Shown: positions 1 through 7,989 of the stretch, in pieces
Numbering within the stretch: position 1 is the first letter of the stretch
Layout: each line of letters starts with the position of its first letter
IMG/VR virus record: IMGVR_UViG_2541047783_000004
Reading direction: 5' to 3' (one strand)
Source of the DNA: a virus
Taxonomy: Duplodnaviria; Heunggongvirae; Uroviricota; Caudoviricetes
DNA: 34,123 nt
Made by a program: the position numbers and the translations under genes
The notes under the pieces: model-generated
What the model was told of the DNA's origin: nothing
Databases searched by the model: none
Seen by the model: the letters and a program-made list of their open reading frames with translations, nothing else

Positions 1-900
1 TTAACGCAACAATGGGCAATCTGGTGGTAATCGACAACGCAACGCCGCCGGAAGTATTTCAATATGAAAGTTTTGTCCGCTCAACGGTTCGCCATCAAGA
101 TTAAAAGTGATTTCGTGTGGGGCTTGTATATCAAACCACGACGAAGCGCCTTCGATAATATTCGGGTTATCTTCGTCAGATTTTAATGTTGATACGAGAG
201 CCGGAAGAATTTCATCGCCGGTAAAAATGCGCAGTTGCAGCAAGCCATCGTTAATTAACGCGTTCGGGCACAATTGCTGACCGCCACCGGCCTGACGCCC
301 GTTACCAATACCAATGACCAGGGCGTCACCTTGCCAGTGAAAGTTTTCACCGCGGATCTCACAACGGTCCGGTTGCAGAGTATCCATGCGCATTAAGCCA
401 TGAATGATGTAAGAGACGCCACCCAGCGCGGCTTTTAATTTTTCCGGCGTTTCTGTGGTAATACGCGTCCCAAATCCGCCTGTCGCCATATTAATAAAAC
501 AGGTTTGTTTGTTGACCTGCGCCATATCTATCGCAATGGCGTCACCGGCAATTGCCAGTTTCAGCGCCTTATCCAGTGCCTCAGGAATCCTTACACTGGT
601 GGCAAAATCATTGGCGGTTCCTAATGGCAAAATTCCTAGCGCGGGTATGTCATCCCCCTCACACTGAATCAACGCCGTAGAAACTTCATTAATGGTGCCA
701 TCGCCACCACCGGCAATCACCGTTGCGACGCCCAACTTCCGGGCCTCCTCTACATATCGTGCGGCATCGCCTTTCTCCCAGGTGACCCGCACATGGATCG
801 TCATTCCTTCCTCACGCAACAGCATAATTGCTTCGCGCAATGGTAAATTGTCAGTACTTTTGCCATTAAGAATCAGTAAGCTGGCGGGAAATTCTGCCAT
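1..900 (-). CDS. yegS: Lipid kinase YegS (diacylglycerol-kinase-like), 299 aa, complete
   Basis: ORF-track translation begins [18 protein letters not shown] and contains the GGDGT kinase motif; matches E. coli YegS as I recall it; start codon is the complement of 898..900. Confidence 0.9.
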   Translation of the reverse strand: MAEFPASLLILNGKSTDNLPLREAIMLLREEGMTIHVRVTWEKGDAARYVEEARKLGVATVIAGGGDGTINEVSTALIQCEGDDIPALGILPLGTANDFATSVRIPEALDKALKLAIAGDAIAIDMAQVNKQTCFINMATGGFGTRITTETPEKLKAALGGVSYIIHGLMRMDTLQPDRCEIRGENFHWQGDALVIGIGNGRQAGGGQQLCPNALINDGLLQLRIFTGDEILPALVSTLKSDEDNPNIIEGASSWFDIQAPHEITFNLDGEPLSGQNFHIEILPAALRCRLPPDCPLLR

Positions 901-1314
901 GATCGTATGTGCCTTTATGATTGGTCTGTAGATAGTGTAGAGCAGAAAAGAAAAGGTGGAGTCAGAACAGGATGAAAGTCGGAGGATAAAAAATCAGTTC
1001 AAGTATAGAGGATTCAGTGGTTACCACCAGGAGCTTGCAATGGGGACAGTGAATGTTAACGGTAGCCATAGGTAAATTTCAAAAAAGAGCATATACCTAA
1101 TATTCAACTAAACAGTGGCATCTTCAATATACTATTAAAAATATATTAACCCCCCCATGGGGTTACCCGGAAGGGCCTCCGTGTATGTAATTCCTACTTA
1201 TGTAGGAAATGTTGTACAGAACATTTATTATAATCCTATTCAATTATAATAATCATGCCATTATTATATTTTAACACCAGAGCGTGTCGTTGGTATTTAA
1301 TGGGGGAAGGTAAG

Positions 1315-1632
1315 ATGAAAAAGATAGCTGCTATATCATTAATTAGTGTTTTTCTTATGTCTGGGTGTGCTGTACATAATGATGAGACAAGTATCGGTAA
1401 ATTTGGTCTTGCATATAAAAGTAATATTCAGCGTAAACTCGATAACCAATACTACACCGAAGCCGAAGCTTCTTTAGCCAGGGGCAGAATTTCTGGTGCA
1501 GAAAATATAGTAAAAAATGATGCAGCTCATTTCTGTGTTACTCAGGGCAAAAAAATGCAGATAGTTGACCTGAAGACAGAAGGTGCAGGATTACATGGCG
1601 TCGCTCGTCTGACATTCAAATGTGGAGAGTGA
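1315..1632 (+). CDS. yegR: YegR, small putative lipoprotein-like protein, 105 aa
   Basis: Internal ATG at 1315 preceded by a GGAAGG Shine-Dalgarno; translation MKKIAAISLISVFLMSGCAVHN has a signal/lipobox-like N-terminus and matches E. coli YegR; the track ORF from 1255 is a longer upstream extension. Confidence 0.8.
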   Translation: MKKIAAISLISVFLMSGCAVHNDETSIGKFGLAYKSNIQRKLDNQYYTEAEASLARGRISGAENIVKNDAAHFCVTQGKKMQIVDLKTEGAGLHGVARLTFKCGE

Positions 1633-1789
1633 GAATATTTTTTGGTAAGCGTCAAACATGCGCGTTCTGGTTGTGCGTAGCCGGAATCTGTACGAGCACG
1701 ATGCCGTTACGTGAAAGGCATCGTGTTATGAAGGGGGATTCTATCGATGTGGTCAATGGAAGACGGTGACCAGGATACGGCTTATGCAT

Positions 1790-1816
1790 AAAAAATAAGC
1801 CCGTGTAAGGGAGATT
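1790..1816. repeat. attL core, 27-bp direct repeat AAAAAATAAGCCCGTGTAAGGGAGATT
   Basis: Identical to 32591..32617; matches the P2 att core as I recall it; sits next to int. Confidence 0.85.
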
Positions 1817-1895
1817 TAGGGTGTCACCAGTAGGGGCTTTCAACGGTACAATGCGGGTTTGAGTGGCATAAATTACCACTGAAAGCCCTTAAACG

Positions 1896-2909
1896 TTACT
1901 CTACTGTGGACACTGTGTGGACACTCTCGGCTTCAGTACCACCTCTTAGCGGATTAAGAGAAATGGCGTCCTGAAGGTACTCTGGCGCAAAATGAGCGTA
2001 AACCATAGTTTGCTCAATCCGCGTGTGACCTAGTATCCGTTGTAGCGTGATAATACTTCCTCCATTAATCATGAAATGAGTGGCAAAGCTGTGCCTTAGT
2101 GCATGTGTGGCTTGCCCCGTTGGCAAATCCGGTTTTATTGCTTTCATTGTTCGTCTGAAGCGAGGGTAATCAGCATCAGGGAATAAAAAACCTCGTTTGT
2201 TATCCGCGATCATTTTGGCAACAGCCTCTGAGATCGGGACGGTGCGTGGTTTGTTTGTTTTCGTTTTAACAAACGTGACGCGGTTATGGATGATATTTTC
2301 TGCTTTCAAACGAGCTGCTTCTCCCCAACGTGCTCCTGTACTCAGGCAAAGAATCGCAATCTTTTTGTTGTCGCCGTCAAGTGCTGCAAGCAGTAAGGCA
2401 ATTTCTTCCTGTGTGAGATAGCCTGTTTCTGGTTTTTCCTCCTTAAGCCTCTTTGTCCCTCTGATAGGGTGCTCACCAAAGAATAACTCCGCTTCAATCA
2501 GGGCTGTAAACATGCCGCTAATACATGTTAAATCACGATTGATACTCGAAGGTTTAATACCCTGACTTCTTCGGGTGGCGCAGTACTGGCTGATAAGGGA
2601 TTTCGTGATTTGAAATGCGCATGGGTCATTCGTTATTTTTGTGAAGATTTCAATTTTTCCAAGATTAGATTTCCCATGCTCTTCGTGTTTACCCTTTAAA
2701 TCCCACCAGATCTGTGTCAGTTCCGACAGACGTCGTTTGTCTGTTGGTTTTGATAGCCATTCTTTATTGTGGTGGTTGTACAACGTGTATTTTTCGAAAG
2801 CGACAGCTTCGCTTTTCTTATCAAACTTCCTACGGATGCGTTTTCCGTTACGTCCAGTAGGGCGGATGTCCACTTCATATCGACCATCATCGAGTTTTTT
2901 GATTGCCAT
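1896..2909 (-). CDS. int: Tyrosine integrase, P2 Int-like, 337 aa
   Basis: Translation MAIKKLDDGRYEVDIRPTGRNGKRIRRKF...HALRHSFATHFMINGGSIITLQRILGHTRIEQTMVYAHF carries the tyrosine-recombinase R..H-x-x-R..Y catalytic region; matches P2 Int from memory. Confidence 0.93.
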   Translation of the reverse strand: MAIKKLDDGRYEVDIRPTGRNGKRIRRKFDKKSEAVAFEKYTLYNHHNKEWLSKPTDKRRLSELTQIWWDLKGKHEEHGKSNLGKIEIFTKITNDPCAFQITKSLISQYCATRRSQGIKPSSINRDLTCISGMFTALIEAELFFGEHPIRGTKRLKEEKPETGYLTQEEIALLLAALDGDNKKIAILCLSTGARWGEAARLKAENIIHNRVTFVKTKTNKPRTVPISEAVAKMIADNKRGFLFPDADYPRFRRTMKAIKPDLPTGQATHALRHSFATHFMINGGSIITLQRILGHTRIEQTMVYAHFAPEYLQDAISLNPLRGGTEAESVHTVSTVE

Positions 2910-3024
2910 CAGAAAACCCTCCGAGTGGTACTTTTTTTTGCTACTACTAATCGCTTTTTTCGTGGTGGCTGAAATTTAGCCACCAATAGTAGGCACTTGT
3001 GATGAATATATTCGCGATAAATTG

Positions 3025-3324
3025 TTAACCAGTCTTTTGACCGGAGTGGGGCGACGTTGTTTCGTTTTGCCCAAAGTGTGCGAGAGCGGGCGCAATTTGC
3101 CCGGCTTCTGGAGCTACCTGATCAGTCATGAACCACAAAGTATATTTAGTAAATCTGGGATGTTGTAAGACCTTCATTATGGCTTCAACTCCAGCGTTTT
3201 TTGACCGGCTCTCATAGCTCGAAAGTGAGCTGTAGGCTACACCAGTTAATTCACTGAATTCTTTACGGTTTAACCTTTCAGATTCACGGATTAGCTTCAA
3301 CTTCTCCGAAACGTCTATTGACAT
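3025..3324 (-). CDS. C: Immunity repressor C, 99 aa, P2-like C-terminus with a divergent N-terminal region
   Basis: Internal ATG (complement of 3322..3324) with GGAG 7 nt upstream; C-terminal FTKYTLWFMTDQVAPEAGQIAPALAHFGQNETTSPHSGQKTG matches P2 C; N-terminal MSIDVSEKLKLIRESERLNRKEF differs from the P2 C I recall. Confidence 0.8.
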   Translation of the reverse strand: MSIDVSEKLKLIRESERLNRKEFSELTGVAYSSLSSYESRSKNAGVEAIMKVLQHPRFTKYTLWFMTDQVAPEAGQIAPALAHFGQNETTSPHSGQKTG

Positions 3325-3445
3325 AATTACTCCGATTGCGTAATTTCTTGCTGATAGTGTGAGATGTTGCGCTTCTGGAGTTATCCTTTTAGGCAATAAT
3401 TAGCCATTAGGAGCCATTAGAAGCACTAAGGGAGAATCGTAGCAG
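3325..3445. promoter_or_regulatory. Divergent early promoter/operator region (Pc leftward, Pe rightward) of the lysogeny-lysis switch
   Basis: Intergenic between divergent C and cox; contains a tandem direct repeat AGCCATTAG at 3402..3410 and 3412..3420, one helical turn apart, as candidate operator half-sites. Confidence 0.5.
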
Positions 3446-3721
3446 ATGAATAGACAGCTTGTAAGCGTGACTGATGCCGTGCCTTATCAGGAGTTTGCAA
3501 AACTCATTGGTAAAACTCCAAGAGCTGTAAGGGGCATGATTGAGAAAGGGAAATTACCAGTTATTGAGATTACTGACCCTCAGTCAGTATCGGGGCGTGC
3601 TGGTGAATATTGGGTATACCTTCCGGCATGGAATAACGGACTAAAACTGGCTTATGAAAGCCGTCCTAAAGAGATTCGTGACGGCTGGTTGATGTGGTTA
3701 GGTCTCGGTGAACCACGTTAA
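3446..3721 (+). CDS. cox: Cox (excisionase and Pc repressor), 91 aa
   Basis: Translation ...PYQEFAKLIGK...GKLPVIEITDPQSVSGRAGEYWVYLPAWNNGLKLAYESRPKEIRDGWLMWLGLGEPR matches P2 Cox; AAGGGAG Shine-Dalgarno upstream. Confidence 0.88.
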   Translation: MNRQLVSVTDAVPYQEFAKLIGKTPRAVRGMIEKGKLPVIEITDPQSVSGRAGEYWVYLPAWNNGLKLAYESRPKEIRDGWLMWLGLGEPR

Positions 3722-3731
3722 GGAGAACCGT

Positions 3732-3902
3732 ATGAATGAGCCTCGTTGTATTGCTCAGTTATTGCGTAACGAAAGCCCCAGGGCGATTGACTTCACCATC
3801 ACCCACGGTAAGGGGCGTAAGGGAATCATTATCCGCACCAAAAAACAGAGTCCGTTAAAAAAGGCTCTGACCTTTCTGAAAAGCCGGAGGGTCTGGAAAT
3901 GA
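3732..3902 (+). CDS. Small early protein, P2 orf78-like, 56 aa
   Basis: ATG at 3732 with AGGAG Shine-Dalgarno at 3721..3725; sits between cox and B as in P2; function unknown. Confidence 0.5.
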   Translation: MNEPRCIAQLLRNESPRAIDFTITHGKGRKGIIIRTKKQSPLKKALTFLKSRRVWK

Positions 3903-4399
3903 CAGTGATGACGCTCAATCTCGTTGAAAAACAGCCAGCAGCTATGCGCCGGATAATTGGTAAGCATCTGGCCGTCCCTCGCTGGCAGGAGACATGCGAT
4001 TATTATAATCAGATGATGGAACGCGAACGGCTAACGGTTTGCTTCCATGCGCAGTTAAAACAGCGTCACGCAACGATGCGTTTTGAAGAAATGAACGACG
4101 TCGAACGTGAACGGCTGGTTTGTGCAATTGATGAACTGCGTGGGGCATTCTCAAAACGCCGTCAGGTCGGTGCAAGTGAGTATGCATATATTAGCTTTTT
4201 AACTGTCAGTCAGCGCCGTACTTTATTTATGCATGCCGGATTGACTGAAAAAGAATTCAACCAGCCATACTGGCGAATTAATGAAGAATCATGTTACTGG
4301 CGTGATGCCTTATTCCGTGCATTACGTGAATTATTCAGCCTGTTTGAGTATGCACCGACAATTCTGACGTCGGTAAAACCAGAGCAATATCTGCATTAA
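3899..4399 (+). CDS. B: Replication protein B (helicase-loader-like), 166 aa
   Basis: Translation MTVMTLNLVEKQPAAMRRIIGKHLAVPRWQ... matches P2 B in size and position; ATGA overlap with the upstream ORF. Confidence 0.85.
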   Translation: MTVMTLNLVEKQPAAMRRIIGKHLAVPRWQETCDYYNQMMERERLTVCFHAQLKQRHATMRFEEMNDVERERLVCAIDELRGAFSKRRQVGASEYAYISFLTVSQRRTLFMHAGLTEKEFNQPYWRINEESCYWRDALFRALRELFSLFEYAPTILTSVKPEQYLH

Positions 4400-4462
4400 G
4401 TAATTAACCAGAGTTTTTAACGCACTTAATTGTGCGGGGCTTCTTTTTGCTTGGAGAAAGTC

Positions 4463-4687
4463 ATGCATACAGTTTCTGAAAATCAGTGCGGTAAATACGC
4501 ATTACTGCTGCAACAGGCCAGAACCGAAGCACAGGCCGACGCAGCGACGCGCTTTTCTTCTCATCTTGACGCCATGATTCGCCACATCACAAAGGCGGAG
4601 TTATCCCGCGTAGAGATAGTCGAGCTGCTCAGTCAGGAGTCGGAAAAATTTCACAATATCGGATTGTCTCGCGGGGAGGTGCTTTGA
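4463..4687 (+). CDS. Hypothetical early protein, P2 orf80-like, 74 aa
   Basis: ATG at 4463 with GGAG upstream; conserved position between B and A. Confidence 0.6.
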   Translation: MHTVSENQCGKYALLLQQARTEAQADAATRFSSHLDAMIRHITKAELSRVEIVELLSQESEKFHNIGLSRGEVL

Positions 4688-4989
4688 TGTCCTGTTCTCG
4701 TTCAGTTGTATTACTGAATAACGCCTTAAAAATCACCGTTATGAAAAATGGCGATCTATCTCTTATTCAACTTGGTCTTGATAAAGAAAAACGCGAAATA
4801 ACTGAGTCTGTTATCGCGATTTATCAGAACGAATTAAATCTCCTGTCTGATGTGGTCAATTTACTTGTTAAACGCGCTGTATTTCACAAGCAAATCTCCT
4901 CCGTGGATGAACTGACGAAATTAACGACAGAAATTGCCAGCTATTGCGCTGATGAATTTAAAAAACTTAACGACAAAAGGAACTGGTAA
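4687..4989 (+). CDS. Hypothetical early protein, P2 orf81-like, about 100 aa
   Basis: ATG at 4687 overlaps the orf80 stop (TGATG); conserved position. Confidence 0.6.
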   Translation: MSCSRSVVLLNNALKITVMKNGDLSLIQLGLDKEKREITESVIAIYQNELNLLSDVVNLLVKRAVFHKQISSVDELTKLTTEIASYCADEFKKLNDKRNW

Positions 4990-5213
4990 TGCCGGACAAC
5001 GTAGATTTTATTCAGGAACAACAGGCTGAATTACTGGAGCGTCAGATTAACGCGGCAAGGGTAAAACATTGCGGAGCTTCTGCGCTGGTTTGCGAAGAGT
5101 GTGACGCGCCAATACCTGCTGCCCGTCGTGCGGCTTATCCGTCAGCCACGCGTTGTGTTTCCTGCCAGTCAGTCTTTGAAGCAAAAAACAAACATTACCG
5201 GAGAACGGCATGA
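4989..5213 (+). CDS. Small C4 zinc-finger protein, TraR/DksA-like, P2 orf82-like, 74 aa
   Basis: Translation has two paired Cys motifs (CEEC ... CVSC); TAATG overlap with the upstream ORF. Confidence 0.65.
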   Translation: MPDNVDFIQEQQAELLERQINAARVKHCGASALVCEECDAPIPAARRAAYPSATRCVSCQSVFEAKNKHYRRTA

Positions 5214-5485
5214 GTATTCGTATTGAAATTGGCGAACGTTATGTCGTTACCAGTGACAGCTTTCAGTTTATTCTCCACGAGAAAAAGAGAGCGGAAAGCG
5301 GTAAAAACGCCGGTCAGGAATGGCTGGCGGTGGTTGGTTATTATCCGAAATTAAGCCAGCTCGTTTCCGGCCTGATGCATCACGATATTCTGACCGGAAG
5401 CGCAAAGTCTTTTGCTGATTTAAACGCGCAGGTTGAGCAACTCAGCAGGCGTTGTTCAGAGGCTTTTGGCTCATATGGCCGTTAA
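5210..5485 (+). CDS. Hypothetical early protein, P2 orf83-like, 91 aa
   Basis: ATG at 5210; conserved position immediately before A; its 3' end overlaps the A start. Confidence 0.6.
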   Translation: MSIRIEIGERYVVTSDSFQFILHEKKRAESGKNAGQEWLAVVGYYPKLSQLVSGLMHHDILTGSAKSFADLNAQVEQLSRRCSEAFGSYGR

Positions 5486-7742
5486 AGCCTCCGGGCGTTT
5501 TGTCCCTCCTTCAGCATTTGCTGCAGGCACCGGTAAGGCGTTTACCGGTGCTTATGCATGGAACGCGCCACGCGAGGCCGTCGGGCGCGAAAGACCCCTT
5601 ACACGTGACGAGATGCGTCAGGTGCAAGGTGTTTTATCCACGATTAACCGCCTGCCTTACTTTTTGCGCTCGCTGTTTACTTCACGCTATGACTACATCC
5701 GGCGCAATAAAAGCCCGGTACACGGGTTTTATTTCCTCACATCCACTTTTCAGCGTCGTTTATGGCCGCGCATTGAGCGTGTGAATCAGCGCCATGAAAT
5801 GAACACCGACGCGTCGTTACTGTTTCTGGCAGAGCGTGACCACTATGCGCGCCTGCCGGGAATGAATGACAAGGAGCTGAAAAAGTTTGCTGCCCGTATC
5901 TCATCGCAGCTTTTCATGATGTATGAGGAACTCAGCGATGCCTGGGTGGATGCGCATGGCGAAAAAGAATCGCTGTTTACGGATGAGGCGCAGGCTCACC
6001 TCTATGGTCATGTTGCTGGCGCTGCACGTGCTTTCAATATTTCCCCTCTCTACTGGAAAAAATACCGTAAAGGGCAGATGACCACGAGGCAGGCATATTC
6101 TGCCATTGCCCGTCTGTTTAACGATGAGTGGTGGACTCATCAGCTTAAAGGCCAGCGTATGCGCTGGCATGAAGCGTTACTGATAGCTGTCGGGGAGGTC
6201 AATAAAGACCGTTCTCCTTATGCCAGTAAACACGCCATTCGTGATGTGCGTGCGCGCCGCCAGGCAAATCTGGAATTTCTTAAATCGTGTGACCTTGAAA
6301 ACAGGGAAACCGGCGAGCGCATCGACCTTATCAGTAAGGTGATGGGCAGTATTTCTAATCCTGAAATTCGCCGGATGGAGCTGATGAACACCATTGCCGG
6401 TATTGAGCGTTACGCCGCCGCAGAGGGTGATGTGGGGATGTTTATCACGCTGACCGCGCCGTCAAAGTATCACCCGACTCGTCAGGTCAGAAAAGGCGAA
6501 AGTAAAACCGTTCAGCTTAATCACGGCTGGAACGATGAGGCATTTAATCCAAAGGATGCGCAGCGTTATCTCTGCCGTATCTGGAGCCTGATGCGCACGG
6601 CATTCAAGGATAATGATTTACAGGTCTACGGTTTGCGAGTCGTCGAGCCACACCACGACGGAACGCCGCACTGGCATATGATGCTTTTTTGTAATCCACG
6701 CCAGCGTAACCAGATTATCGAAATCATGCGTCGCTATGCGCTCAAAGAGGATGGCGACGAAAGAGGAGCCGCGCGAAACCGTTTTCAGGCAAAACATCTT
6801 AACCGGGGCGGTGCTGCGGGGTATATCGCGAAATACATCTCAAAAAACATCGATGGCTATGCACTGGATGGTCAGCTCGATAACGATACCGGCAGGCCGC
6901 TGAAAGATACTGCTGCGGCTGTTACCGCATGGGCGTCAACGTGGCGCATCCCGCAATTTAAAACGGTTGGCCTGCCGACAATGGGGGCTTACCGTGAACT
7001 ACGCAAATTGCCTCGCGGCGTCAGCATTGCTGATGAGTTTGACGAACGCGTTGAGGCTGCACGTGCCGCCGCAGACAGTGGTGATTTTGCGTTGTATATC
7101 AGCGCGCAGGGTGGGGCAAATGTTCCGCGTGATTGCCAGACTGTCAGAGTCGCCCGTAGCCCGTCGGATGACGTTAACGAGTACGAGGAAGAAGTCGGGA
7201 GAGTGGTCGGCATTTACGCGCCGCATCTCGGCGCGCGTCATATTCATATCACCAGAACGACGGACTGGCGCATTGTGCCGAAAGTTCCGGTCGTTGAGCC
7301 TTTGACTTTAAAAAGCGGCATCGCCGCGCCTCGGAGTCCTGTCAATAACTGTGGAAAGTTCACCGGCAGTGATACTTCGTTAACGGCTCCCACACCTTCT
7401 GAACATGCCGCAGCCGTGCTTAATCTGGTCGATGACGGTGTTATCGAATGGAATGACCCGGATGTCGTGAGGGCGCTCAGGGGGGCATTAAAACACGAAC
7501 TGAGAACACCAAATCGTCAGCAAAGAAACGGAAGCCCGTTAAAACCGCATGAAATTGCGCCTTCGGCCAGACTGACCCGGTCGGAACGAATGCAAATCCC
7601 CCGTATCCGCGTTGACCTTGGTCAGAACGGTATCAGGCCTCAGCGATGGGAGCTTGAGGCGCTGGCGCGTGGGGCAACCGTAAATTATGAGGGGGTAAAC
7701 TTCAGGTATCCGGTAAATGATGAGTGGCCGGGATTTAATTAA
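5475..7742 (+). CDS. A: Rolling-circle replication initiator endonuclease A (gpA), 755 aa
   Basis: Internal ATG at 5475; translation MAVKASGRFVPPSAFAAGTGK...VEPHHDGTPHWHMMLF...GYIAKYISKNIDGY matches P2 gpA, including the HUH-type and active-site tyrosine region. Confidence 0.92.
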   Translation: MAVKASGRFVPPSAFAAGTGKAFTGAYAWNAPREAVGRERPLTRDEMRQVQGVLSTINRLPYFLRSLFTSRYDYIRRNKSPVHGFYFLTSTFQRRLWPRIERVNQRHEMNTDASLLFLAERDHYARLPGMNDKELKKFAARISSQLFMMYEELSDAWVDAHGEKESLFTDEAQAHLYGHVAGAARAFNISPLYWKKYRKGQMTTRQAYSAIARLFNDEWWTHQLKGQRMRWHEALLIAVGEVNKDRSPYASKHAIRDVRARRQANLEFLKSCDLENRETGERIDLISKVMGSISNPEIRRMELMNTIAGIERYAAAEGDVGMFITLTAPSKYHPTRQVRKGESKTVQLNHGWNDEAFNPKDAQRYLCRIWSLMRTAFKDNDLQVYGLRVVEPHHDGTPHWHMMLFCNPRQRNQIIEIMRRYALKEDGDERGAARNRFQAKHLNRGGAAGYIAKYISKNIDGYALDGQLDNDTGRPLKDTAAAVTAWASTWRIPQFKTVGLPTMGAYRELRKLPRGVSIADEFDERVEAARAAADSGDFALYISAQGGANVPRDCQTVRVARSPSDDVNEYEEEVGRVVGIYAPHLGARHIHITRTTDWRIVPKVPVVEPLTLKSGIAAPRSPVNNCGKFTGSDTSLTAPTPSEHAAAVLNLVDDGVIEWNDPDVVRALRGALKHELRTPNRQQRNGSPLKPHEIAPSARLTRSERMQIPRIRVDLGQNGIRPQRWELEALARGATVNYEGVNFRYPVNDEWPGFN

Positions 7743-7885
7743 TGCTTTGATTTTTTAGTTAGGCTGCTCTAGAATCCACGCCAGTTACCGCTTGGGGTAT
7801 CCTTGCATTGCTCTTGGTATTAGCTTTATACAAAGGGTGTAAAGGCTGCTATTGGCAACAATAGTGCTGGCATGGAGATAATCTC

Positions 7886-7981
7886 ATGTTAAAGTTAGTG
7901 AAAGTACGTCAGTACAATCGCTATCGTTTCGGTAAGTGGGAGACGGTGTGTGAACACCGTCGTTCTTACCCAACCCGATGA
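7886..7981 (+). CDS. Candidate micro-ORF, 31 aa (MLKLVKVRQYNRYRFGKWETVCEHRRSYPTR), convergent with the hotspot gene
   Basis: ATG at 7886 with GGAGA Shine-Dalgarno 7 nt upstream; basic, aromatic-rich peptide; stop lies 9 nt from the stop of the minus-strand 739-aa gene; below the track's size cutoff, so support is weak. Confidence 0.25.
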   Translation: MLKLVKVRQYNRYRFGKWETVCEHRRSYPTR

Positions 7982-7989
7982 TATGCGGC

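Noticed and set aside
455-931. Plus-strand ORFs of 70 and 79 aa antisense to yegS
   Set aside because: Lie entirely inside or overlapping the well-supported yegS on the opposite strand; typical shadow ORFs.
901-1314. yegS-yegR divergent intergenic region, including the run CCCCCCATGGGGTTACCCGGAAGGGCCTCC
   Set aside because: Probably ordinary divergent promoter DNA; no repeat structure or RNA gene I could support.
1652-1879. 75-aa minus-strand ORF spanning the attL core
   Set aside because: Overlaps the att core and junction, has no ribosome-binding site or recognisable protein features; most likely a chance ORF.
2197-2979. Plus-strand ORFs of 67 to 112 aa antisense to int
   Set aside because: Embedded in the integrase gene on the opposite strand with low-complexity translations; shadow ORFs.
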